Assembly (NCBI GenBank): GCA_945859975.1
Contig: CAMAPH010000004.1
Coordinates: forward strand, 64,001 to 128,000
From: Chthonomonas calidirosea
GTDB lineage: Bacteria > Armatimonadota > Fimbriimonadia > Fimbriimonadales > Fimbriimonadaceae
Reading direction: 5' to 3'
Length of the DNA: 64,000 bases
Part shown: in pieces, positions 55,922-64,000 of the stretch
How positions within the stretch are numbered: position 1 is the first letter of the stretch
How the letters are laid out: each line of letters opens with the position of its first letter
Notes under the pieces: generated by a model
What the model saw: the letters and a program-made list of their open reading frames with translations, nothing else
What the model was told of the DNA's origin: nothing
Database searches by the model: none
Position numbers and translations under genes: made by a program

Positions 55922-57148
55922 ATGGCAAATCAAAAAACTGATCATGTAGCGACTTGGGGGGCAGCGGCGCTGATCCTCACCGTCAGTCAGATTGCGGTCG
56001 GGATCGCACTCGGCACTCGTTACATTGCTACGACCGGTGGTGCCCATAAGAGCGTCCAGAACCTTCACTTCGATCCGACGTTCGGAATTTTGCAGGGATT
56101 CCACTACTGGGCCAGCGCGGTCCTTATCGTCGTCAGCGGCCTTGCTGTAGCCGCCGGCCTTTGGAGTGGAAGCTACATCCACAAGAGTCAAACGCAGTTC
56201 GTCAGCAACGTCTTCCTGTTTGTTTTCGCCATCGCTTTCCAGCTAACCGGCAACATTTTGCCTTGGGATCGTCATGCGGTCCAAACCGCCGCAATCGAAG
56301 GAAGCATTGCTGGCCGAGTGCCGGGCGTCGGCAGACCCCTCATGGAAGCAATGCTCGGCGGGAAAGGCGTCTCGCAAGAGACGTTGACGCTTTGGTACGA
56401 CCTTCACCGATTCGTCTTGCCGGGCCTTTTTGTGGTCCTAGCGATCGTGCTCATCAGCTCTTACATCAAAGAGCGGGAAGGAGAGCCGAACTGGGCTGCC
56501 GCAGCCGGCGGGCTTGCGGTCGCATTCCTAACCTCGTTTGTCCTGCGCAGCCCGCTGGGCAGTGCCGCCACGGCCGCCGATGCCGGGAAATTTGATGCCC
56601 TCGCTAGTTGGTACACCCTTCCGGCTCACGCTATGCTCGTTTGGACCGATGGCCTCATGCGGAGTGGCGGTTGGCTCGGTGCCGTTCTCTTACCATCCGC
56701 CGTCCTCGCCGCCATTCTCGGAATAGGTGTGCTTAAGGTTTCTCAGCAGGTAGCCCAGTGGTTCCTGGTCGGCACGACCCTGCTGTTTTCCGCCATCACG
56801 TTGCTCCACGGCGGGAAGCCCGCGCCCCTCGTCGGAAAGCGCGACCCGGCTTCCCTAGCCACGATTGCCAAGCAAACCGATACCAAGGACCCGCAATTGG
56901 CCGCGATGGGGCGCCGAGTATTCAACTCGAACTCTTGCGTGGCCTGCCACGGACAGGATGGCAAAGTTGGCACGACGGGTCCAAGCCTCGCGGATTCGTA
57001 CAAAAAGCGGACCGACGTGTTCTATTACGTCACGTACATCAAGAACCCGAAAGAGATTAAGCCAGGTTCGACGATGCCAGGTTTCCCGGGTCTAAAACCA
57101 GAAGAACTCCGCGCATTGGCGGAGTTCCTTCGGTTCCCAAATGAGTAG
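55922..57148 (+). CDS. Cytochrome b/b6-like protein fused to a C-terminal c-type cytochrome
   Basis: GFHYWAS, TGNILPWD, VPGVG, WYDLH; CVACH ... STMP. Confidence 0.85.
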   Translation: MANQKTDHVATWGAAALILTVSQIAVGIALGTRYIATTGGAHKSVQNLHFDPTFGILQGFHYWASAVLIVVSGLAVAAGLWSGSYIHKSQTQFVSNVFLFVFAIAFQLTGNILPWDRHAVQTAAIEGSIAGRVPGVGRPLMEAMLGGKGVSQETLTLWYDLHRFVLPGLFVVLAIVLISSYIKEREGEPNWAAAAGGLAVAFLTSFVLRSPLGSAATAADAGKFDALASWYTLPAHAMLVWTDGLMRSGGWLGAVLLPSAVLAAILGIGVLKVSQQVAQWFLVGTTLLFSAITLLHGGKPAPLVGKRDPASLATIAKQTDTKDPQLAAMGRRVFNSNSCVACHGQDGKVGTTGPSLADSYKKRTDVFYYVTYIKNPKEIKPGSTMPGFPGLKPEELRALAEFLRFPNE

Positions 57149-57156
57149 CGTGCAGA

Positions 57157-57942
57157 CTAGCCGCAACCGGTAAGGTCTGGCTCTGGCTCGCTGGTCTTCG
57201 GAACGAAGACCGTTCCAAACGAGTTGTTGCCAAGCGAGAACGTTGGCGACGAAGCGTAGCACCCTGGATCGCCAGTTCGGAAACCGTTGCCTTCAAAGCT
57301 GAAGACACGTCGGTAGTTCGTCGGCAGCGTGTCGCTGTTGATCGTGAACGTTGCAGCATTGAGCGGCAAGGACGCTCGGAAGTTGCCTTGGAACGGCTGT
57401 CGGACGGTTCCGATGAGGACTCCGCTAGCATCGTAGAATTCGATCGCGGCGCCGCGAATCGGCTGGCCAGTCGAAGAGTCCACAACCTGTCCCTGAACCG
57501 AAGCCTGTGCCGGCTTGATTTGGTAAGCGGCAAAGTAGTCCACTCCGTTGTAGCGAGTTCCGATGAATTCCGTGGTTGTCGTGACGACGTTGCCCGCTTC
57601 GTAAAGACCGGAATCAGTTCCAATCTGTCCAAAGGCGCTCGTTTCGTCGCTGTTTCTCCACTCGGTGACCGGTAGAACCGTTCGCACGCCCGTGGTCGAG
57701 TACGTTGCGAGTTGGTACTTAATGATCTGACCGACCTGAACGTTCAGGGGGTCAACAACCACGAAGGCGGCTGGATCGCTTGGAGCAACCCCACCAGGAG
57801 CCAACACGGCCTCGACGAACGTAAGTGGGCCAGCTGTTGGCAATCCGCCGCCACCACCTGCTGCCCCACCACCGTTATTTCCTCCGCATCCTGCTAAGAA
57901 CAGTGCGGCCAAAGTAGTTACCGCGAAACTTGCGCGCTTCAT
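57157..57942 (-). CDS. Lipoprotein with Ig-like / carboxypeptidase-regulatory-like domains
   Basis: LAGC lipobox, Gly-rich linker, VQGQVVDS.TGQPI.GA.I. Confidence 0.7.
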   Translation of the reverse strand: MKRASFAVTTLAALFLAGCGGNNGGGAAGGGGGLPTAGPLTFVEAVLAPGGVAPSDPAAFVVVDPLNVQVGQIIKYQLATYSTTGVRTVLPVTEWRNSDETSAFGQIGTDSGLYEAGNVVTTTTEFIGTRYNGVDYFAAYQIKPAQASVQGQVVDSSTGQPIRGAAIEFYDASGVLIGTVRQPFQGNFRASLPLNAATFTINSDTLPTNYRRVFSFEGNGFRTGDPGCYASSPTFSLGNNSFGTVFVPKTSEPEPDLTGCG

Positions 57943-57982
57943 CGATTCATATTATGCCAATCTCAGCGAATATTGGGAAGGT

Positions 57983-58777
57983 TTACAATCCGCAATCTGG
58001 TGGCGGAGGCGGAGGAGTTGTTCCGCCAACCTTACGATAGACGACCGGATTGGATGGCAACAAGGTCAAACTTGAACTTGAAACCGCCGGAAGTGTCGCT
58101 TTTGAGTCTGGACAAATGACGCTGTATTCGCTCGCACCGTAGCCAAACTGATTGTAATATCTTGTGGCCAATCCGGTCATATCCACTAAAAAACCAGTAG
58201 CGTTAAACGGCGCGACGACTCGGAAGGTGCCGTTCGAGCCCGTAACCGCGGTTCCGACCTGAGCCCCTGCAGCGTTGTAGATGCGCACGAAGGCTCCGGG
58301 AACCCCTTGAGAGTCCGTATTCCGAACGCGACCCGCAACCAAACCACCGCTTGCCGCCTTAATCGTGAAGTTCGCGGTGTATTCGTTTCCGTTTGCCCGC
58401 ACGACGTAAGTTGTGCTCGTGGCTGCCTTGGCCTCAAAAGCCCCGGAGCTGCTCGTCACGGCGATCGAGCCGGGCGCAGTGGTTGACCAGTTGCTGGAAG
58501 GCACAGCGGCGATCTGTCCGGTGTAATCGCGGCCCCAGAGGTACATCTGAAGCGTGTCCCCGACCCGAATGTTCGAGGGATCGACTACGTAGTTGTCGGG
58601 CGTTCGGAACTCAACCGCGACTTCAGTGAAGGTTCCGCCAGAGCCGCCGCCACTGGCCGAGGTGCTGCCGCCTCCACCGCCGCCACCACCACACGCTATC
58701 ACCGTGATCAAAAGGGCAGAGCAAACACCAACACTCCACGCCGAACCCGCTTTACGCATACCATTCCAACGATTCAT
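57983..58777 (-). CDS. Lipoprotein with Ig-like / carboxypeptidase-regulatory-like domains (paralogue)
   Basis: VIAC plus poly-Gly, VVDPSNIRVG, VAGRVRN...GVPGA.V. Confidence 0.7.
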   Translation of the reverse strand: MNRWNGMRKAGSAWSVGVCSALLITVIACGGGGGGGGSTSASGGGSGGTFTEVAVEFRTPDNYVVDPSNIRVGDTLQMYLWGRDYTGQIAAVPSSNWSTTAPGSIAVTSSSGAFEAKAATSTTYVVRANGNEYTANFTIKAASGGLVAGRVRNTDSQGVPGAFVRIYNAAGAQVGTAVTGSNGTFRVVAPFNATGFLVDMTGLATRYYNQFGYGASEYSVICPDSKATLPAVSSSSLTLLPSNPVVYRKVGGTTPPPPPPDCGL

Positions 58778-58832
58778 TTTCTTACCTGTTCCACTTAAAC
58801 TTCGAATTCGAAAGAATTCTCAAGGTTGGCGA

Positions 58833-59246
58833 TTATTCAACGCGCCGTACAGCTTCCGACGCAAATCCCATCGGCAACAGTTCAATCAGCCGATGCTCCG
58901 TCGTCTTACCCGTCGAACCGCAAAGCAAGATACGACAGTTCGACGGATCCTCGACAAACTCAACCAGGGTTTGCAGGCACATGCCACACGGCGTGCCCCC
59001 ATCGTTTGTGAAGACCGCAAGCTCGGTCCATCTTTGCTTACCGGCCGAAACCATCGCGGCGATCGCGCTCCGCTCGGCACAGATCGTCAAACCGAACGAA
59101 AGGTTCTCGACGTTGGCACCAATGAATATCTCGCCGTCCGCTGCCCGCAACGCCGCGCCAACCAAGTACCCGCTGTACGGCGCATAGGCGTGGCTTCGAA
59201 CTTCCTTTGCTTTGGCAATCAGGATCTCGTCACTCGAAATGGACAA
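58833..59246 (-). CDS. cdd: Cytidine deaminase
   Basis: AYAPYS, GANVEN, CAER, PCGMC. Confidence 0.94.
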   Translation of the reverse strand: MSISSDEILIAKAKEVRSHAYAPYSGYLVGAALRAADGEIFIGANVENLSFGLTICAERSAIAAMVSAGKQRWTELAVFTNDGGTPCGMCLQTLVEFVEDPSNCRILLCGSTGKTTEHRLIELLPMGFASEAVRRVE

Positions 59247-61569
59247 TCGTCACTCCTTGCCCGCCTTCGCTCGGTTCGCCATCGCGATAGGACACTACCT
59301 CGGGATGCTTTTTAAGAGCTTCCTGGGTGACCTTTCGCAGGATGCCCTCGCCCTTTCCATGGACGATTCGCAAGTTCGAGGTCCCGGCTAACAAAGCGTC
59401 ATCGATAAATCTCTCGAGCCGGGGTAAAGCTTCCTCGGCCCGCAAATGCCTCAGGTCAAGCTCAAGCGTTGAGTTGATCGCCTTCTGCAACCGCATCTCC
59501 ATCGTTCGGCGCGAGCCCACGGGGTTGGCGGATGTCTTTTGGAGCCGCTCGATGGGGACTGAGAGCTTCATCATGCCGACCTGCACCATGACCTGCCCGC
59601 CTCTTGGGGCCTCAAGTACGACTCCCTTCTGGCCAAACCCGGTCACGCTCACCGAATCCCCTTTCTGAATCTGATCTGGGATGCTCGTGCGAGATGATGT
59701 TGCACCGGCACGAAACTCCTTGGCGAAATCCTTGCCCACTTCATCAAGCTCTTTGAGCCCGCGTCGCACGCTCTCGCTCGTTTTCGTGTCGCCAGGCTTG
59801 GCTTTCAGCTCGTCGAAAAGCCGATTGGCTTCCAGCCGAATCTCACGCAAGGCGATCTCGATGACTTCGTTCGCGTTGGCGTGGGCTTTCTTTCGAATGT
59901 CTTCGGCTTCTCGCAGCTTTTGGTCGGCTACTTTCTCGGCCACCCGCAGTTCATTGAGCTTGCGATCAGCCTCACCCTGAGCAATTCGCGCGAGCTTTTG
60001 GGCTTGGGAAAGTTGTTCCAGCATCTTTGCCAAGTCTTGAGCCTGGGTGCCTAGCTCTTCTCGCGCCTGCTCTACGATGGTCGGATCGATTCCATATCGC
60101 TCGGCGATCTTGAGCGCATGGCTCGCTCCGGGAGCGCCAACGAGCAGGCGGTACGTTGGGCGCAGGGTCTTCTCGTCGAACTCCATGGCGGCGTTCTGAA
60201 AGCCTTCGGTGTTGAACGCAAACGCCTTCAGCTCGCCGTAGTGCGTGCTCGCAAGGATGGCGGCACCTTTCTCATGCAAGGCTCGAAGAATCGCCGCGGC
60301 AAGCGCAGCCCCTTCGGCCGGGTCGGTCCCTGCTCCAATTTCATCGAGAAGCACCAGGCCGCCCGGCTTCAATTCTCGGACCGCTTTGCCGACGTTCTTG
60401 ATGTGCCCGGAGAAGGTCGAAAGGGACTGCTCAAGACTTTGTTCGTCGCCAATGTCCGCCCAAATTTGGCAGAACGGCGACAACCGAACCTCAAGCGCGG
60501 GCGGCATGAGTCCGGTCTGGGCCATCGCAACGAACAGCCCAACGCACTTGATGGCCACTGTCTTACCGCCCGTGTTTGGACCCGTAATGAGCACACTCTT
60601 CCCGGGCTGAAGCGTGATGTCCAACGGGACCGCCTTGGCCGGATCGAGCAACGGATGCTTGCCATGCAAAATCTGGATTCGCGCCGGGCCCTCGGACATC
60701 ATCGGCAAGACTCCTCTTACCGAGAATCCATACCGCGCGCTGGCAAAAGCCAGGTCAATCTGCGCCGCGGCTTCGACGGCACCAGAGGTCGCCAGCGCTT
60801 CCTTTCCGACCCATTCGCTAAGCGCAGTCAGGATTCGAAACTCTTCTGCTCGGGCGAGCGCTTCCGCCTCACGCAAGGTGTTTCCAAGCTGTACAACCTC
60901 ATCGGGCTCAAGGAAGATCGTCTGACCGCTGGCACTGGTGTCATGCACGATGCCACGAATTTTTCCGCGATTCTCGGCCTTGAGGGGCACAACGTAGCGA
61001 CCATCGCGGGTCGTGTAAATCGGGTCGCTCAAGAGGTCGCGGAATCGGCCGGAGGTGTACTTCTGAATCGTCTCGACAATCCGCGTCGCGGTTCCGGCCC
61101 GCCGACGTCGCAATGTTGCCAGTTCTGGGGAAGCATGGTCCCGCAACGTGCCACCTGGCTCAAGTACGTCCAGCAGTCGCGCTTCCAGCGACGGCGCGGC
61201 ATGCAGCGCAAACGCGTACGGATGGAGCGCCGGCATATCTTCTTGGCGATTCGAGAGGAACTCCTTCATCGCTCGCAAAGCGCCGAGGCACTCGCCGATA
61301 CGGAACAACTCTTCCCCGCCCAGCACGCCGCCCTTTTCTGCCCGCTTCAACGGACCGCGTAAATCTCTTACCGCCGAAAGCCCAGGCGGCGAGTGGCGCT
61401 CCAGCGCAGTTACTGCGTCGGTGGTCTTTTGTTGCCGCTCAAAAACGGTGGGCGAATCAAAACTCGGCTTCAGCTCGATCGCTAGAGCTGCGCCAATTTC
61501 AGTTTCGCAATGCCGAGCGAGCTCCGCCAGAATTGCGCCGTATTCAAGAACCTTTAGGGCGTGAATCAT
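59230..61569 (-). CDS. mutS2: Endonuclease MutS2
   Basis: HDTSASGQT, GPNTGGKT, QSLSTFSGH, C-terminal Smr domain (HGKGEG); ATG at 61569. Confidence 0.95.
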   Translation of the reverse strand: MIHALKVLEYGAILAELARHCETEIGAALAIELKPSFDSPTVFERQQKTTDAVTALERHSPPGLSAVRDLRGPLKRAEKGGVLGGEELFRIGECLGALRAMKEFLSNRQEDMPALHPYAFALHAAPSLEARLLDVLEPGGTLRDHASPELATLRRRRAGTATRIVETIQKYTSGRFRDLLSDPIYTTRDGRYVVPLKAENRGKIRGIVHDTSASGQTIFLEPDEVVQLGNTLREAEALARAEEFRILTALSEWVGKEALATSGAVEAAAQIDLAFASARYGFSVRGVLPMMSEGPARIQILHGKHPLLDPAKAVPLDITLQPGKSVLITGPNTGGKTVAIKCVGLFVAMAQTGLMPPALEVRLSPFCQIWADIGDEQSLEQSLSTFSGHIKNVGKAVRELKPGGLVLLDEIGAGTDPAEGAALAAAILRALHEKGAAILASTHYGELKAFAFNTEGFQNAAMEFDEKTLRPTYRLLVGAPGASHALKIAERYGIDPTIVEQAREELGTQAQDLAKMLEQLSQAQKLARIAQGEADRKLNELRVAEKVADQKLREAEDIRKKAHANANEVIEIALREIRLEANRLFDELKAKPGDTKTSESVRRGLKELDEVGKDFAKEFRAGATSSRTSIPDQIQKGDSVSVTGFGQKGVVLEAPRGGQVMVQVGMMKLSVPIERLQKTSANPVGSRRTMEMRLQKAINSTLELDLRHLRAEEALPRLERFIDDALLAGTSNLRIVHGKGEGILRKVTQEALKKHPEVVSYRDGEPSEGGQGVTIVHFE

Positions 61570-61657
61570 CGACCAAGACCATTGTGTCGTCAAAGAAGGC
61601 AATCGAACACCGAATGTGCCGTACTCCCTACCGGCGAAAACTTGCCAAACTACAAAC

Positions 61658-62290
61658 GTGCTGGTTGCCTCGCTGTCTTTGATGTTCGCAAATGTCGTGA
61701 CCCTAAGCCCGACGGATGACATTTGGGCTTATCCTCACGCCACGGATCCGCAGCGCGATGCCTACCTGCGCGTTTGGGGAGTTGGCGGAGTTCCCGTAGC
61801 GGAATCAGCCTCCGACGCCGAATCATTTTCGTACAGCCTGCTTCAGTTCAACACCGGAAAGGTACCGACGGGAAAGAAACTCACTGCCGCCAAGCTGATC
61901 GTCACCCACATCGCGAACCCGTCGTTCACGGTCGAGGGCGCTGCCAAGACTCCGCTCGAAGTTCGATCAGTCGATGGCGAGTTCAAGGAGAAGGGTTGGA
62001 CTTACGAATCGCTTTTCAAGCTCAAGCTCGACGGAAAGGAATCGTCACTCTTCGGGGCCGCGGCGCCAAAGTTCACCGCACCGGATGCCGAGTTTAAGAT
62101 CGAGATTGATCTCATGACCGGCAAAGGAAACTTTGCCGATTATCTTTCGAAGCGAGTCGGCGGCCCGCTTTCGCTGGTCCTCACCACGAAGTTGAGCATG
62201 GACGAAAACCGCCAGACCTACAAGATCTTCTCGAAAGACGCCGAGCGGGAAGCCGCCCGGCCAGTCCTTGAACTCACGTTCGAGGAATGA
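61658..62290 (+). CDS. Exported hypothetical protein (DNRLRE-like beta-sandwich)
   Basis: TLSPTDD, SYSLLQF, AAKLIV, FSKD...RPVLEL. Confidence 0.55.
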   Translation: MLVASLSLMFANVVTLSPTDDIWAYPHATDPQRDAYLRVWGVGGVPVAESASDAESFSYSLLQFNTGKVPTGKKLTAAKLIVTHIANPSFTVEGAAKTPLEVRSVDGEFKEKGWTYESLFKLKLDGKESSLFGAAAPKFTAPDAEFKIEIDLMTGKGNFADYLSKRVGGPLSLVLTTKLSMDENRQTYKIFSKDAEREAARPVLELTFEE

Positions 62291-64000
62291 GACCCGGTCC
62301 GCGCAATAAGCGCAGTCCGTTCAAAATCACCAGCACCGTACTTCCCTCATGCCCAATGACCGCAACGGGCAGGGGTAGCCGGATGATGAACGAGCTGACG
62401 GTGAGGGCGATGATCACTCCACCCGCAAAGATGAGGTTGGTTGTGATCGTCTTACGCGTCTTTCGCCCAAGTTCGATGAGTTCTGGCAATGCATCGAGCC
62501 GATCTCGCATCAGAACCACATCCGCCGAATTGAGCGCCACGTCCGATCCGAGTCCACCCATCGCAACGCCGACGTAGGCCGCCGAAAGCGCCGGCCCATC
62601 GTTCACGCCATCGCCAACCATCATCACCCGGTGCTCTTTCCCAAGCTCGGCGATCCGTCCTGATTTTTGGCCTGGCATCAAGCCGCCTTGAATCTCGTCC
62701 AGCTTCAGCAGGGTTGCCAATCGCGAAACTGCCGCCGGCGAATCTCCGCTAAGCATGGCCAGATGCTCTACACCCATCGACCGCAGTTGCTCCAAAACCG
62801 CCGGGGTCTCGGGTCGCATCTCGTCTTCAAAAGCAAGCACGGCAAACCCCAAAGGCGAATCCATGACGACGATGCCGAGCCCTTGCCCCTGCCATTCCGT
62901 GACGTGGCTTTGAACATAGGTTGGCACTTGGACGTTGGCTTCTTCCCAAAGGCGAATTTGCCCCAGCCGAATCGGACCGTTTGCCGTGGTTCCCTCGATT
63001 CCGAGGCCGGGAATAACCCGGTGGTCTGACACGACCGGTTCTGGCTCCGGCCACTGAACGGCCGCCCGGCGGATGGCCTCGGCCATCGGGTGCGCCGCGT
63101 ACTTCTCAAGCGCCGCAGCAAGCGCCACCACTTCGCGTACCTGAGGGCTTGGGTCTCCCACACCCGAGTAACATTGGTCTTCTGCCGCGCTATCGACTTC
63201 ATCGCGACTGCAAACACAAACGCATCGTAACTTTGGCCGACCGCTCGTGATGGTGCCGGTCTTGTCGAATGCGACCGCATTAACTTCACCCGCGCGCTCA
63301 ATGAACTCTCCGCCCCGAATTAGCAAGCCGTTCCGCGCTGCCCATGCCAAAGCGCTCAGCGTCGTCGCCGGGGTCGAAATCACCAAAGCACATGGGCTAA
63401 GGGCGACCAGCAGCACCACAGAAGCGTAGGTCGCCGCCATCAAAGGCTGGTTCATCCCGAGAAGTCGAACGGCGAGCGAAATGCCAAACGCCGCGAGCAC
63501 GAACCAGGTGTACCGCTGCCCGAACCACTGGCTAACACGCTCACCCGAAGCTTTATTCGTCTGCGCTTCTTGCACAAGCGCAACAATTCGGTCGAGAGTG
63601 CTGTCGCCGACCACAGTTCGAACCGAAATCAGCAAGGGGCCGTCTAGGTTCTGGGTTCCACCGATTACATTTGTGCCTTTCTCGACCGAAACCGGGACCG
63701 ATTCGCCTGTAATCGATGCCTGGTTGACGGAGCTTAAGCCTTCAACAACCGTTCCATCAACCGGAATCGACGTAAAGCTCGGCACTCGGACGACGTCCCC
63801 AACCGCAAGCGTTTCGACCGGCACCGTCTTGTCGGCGCCATCTCGAACCAGAATCGCCTCGCTCGGCCGTAGCTTGACGAGGGAAGAAATTGCATCCTTG
63901 GTGCGGTTCATTGCGCGCTCCTCCATCACGCTAGAAAGATTGAACAGGAAGAGCAAAATCGCCGCGTCGCCGGGCTGATTCACCACTGCCGCGCCGACGG
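62274..64000 (-). CDS. Heavy-metal P1B-type ATPase (P1B-4-like; 5' end outside the window)
   Basis: TGES, SPC in the metal-binding helix, DKTGT, GDGVND, HEGST. Confidence 0.93.
   Translation of the reverse strand, partial: VGAAVVNQPGDAAILLFLFNLSSVMEERAMNRTKDAISSLVKLRPSEAILVRDGADKTVPVETLAVGDVVRVPSFTSIPVDGTVVEGLSSVNQASITGESVPVSVEKGTNVIGGTQNLDGPLLISVRTVVGDSTLDRIVALVQEAQTNKASGERVSQWFGQRYTWFVLAAFGISLAVRLLGMNQPLMAATYASVVLLVALSPCALVISTPATTLSALAWAARNGLLIRGGEFIERAGEVNAVAFDKTGTITSGRPKLRCVCVCSRDEVDSAAEDQCYSGVGDPSPQVREVVALAAALEKYAAHPMAEAIRRAAVQWPEPEPVVSDHRVIPGLGIEGTTANGPIRLGQIRLWEEANVQVPTYVQSHVTEWQGQGLGIVVMDSPLGFAVLAFEDEMRPETPAVLEQLRSMGVEHLAMLSGDSPAAVSRLATLLKLDEIQGGLMPGQKSGRIAELGKEHRVMMVGDGVNDGPALSAAYVGVAMGGLGSDVALNSADVVLMRDRLDALPELIELGRKTRKTITTNLIFAGGVIIALTVSSFIIRLPLPVAVIGHEGSTVLVILNGLRLLRGPGLIPRT

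Noticed and set aside
58643..58692. CCG/CCA-rich repeat
   Set aside because: It simply encodes the poly-Gly lipoprotein linker.
58801..58820. Palindrome TTCGAATTCGAA
   Set aside because: Short, single and low in complexity; no supporting second site.
1..64000. CRISPR array, cas genes, integrase, transposase or prophage
   Set aside because: No regularly spaced repeats and no recognisable motifs for these in any ORF.

Overview
A GC-rich bacterial chromosomal window of mostly housekeeping genes. The host is probably Armatimonadota (Fimbriimonadia-like), inferred only from the 'FTLIELLVVIAIIAILAAILFPVFAQAK' prepilin-like N-termini. Recognisable genes include prfC, rpmG-rpmF, recN, a CCA-adding enzyme, a cysteine desulfurase, hslU, pspA, thyX, tsaE, mutL, mtnP, cdd, mutS2, a P1B ATPase, tRNA-Leu(TAA) and tRNA-Trp(CCA). 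I see no CRISPR array, integrase or transposase. The most interesting candidate system is in the first 8.7 kb. Two DUF1559/H-X9-DG prepilin-like genes each lie upstream of a secreted phosphohydrolase gene (a YncE-propeller/phosphoesterase and a beta-propeller phytase). Each is preceded by 11-bp-periodic CTTAAC direct repeats ending exactly 10 nt before a TAnnnT -10 box, which is Pho-box architecture. The same repeat pair lies upstream of an orphan PhoB/SphR-like regulator at 39.85 kb. Other oddities: a cytochrome b-cytochrome c fusion lacking both heme bH ligands, a class III cyclase lacking its Lys/Asn/Arg catalytic residues, an apparently inactive S41 paralogue coupled to an intact one, a tandem MNT-HEPN duplication at tRNA-Leu, and signs of widespread leaderless transcription. 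All family calls come from reading motifs by eye; no database search was run.
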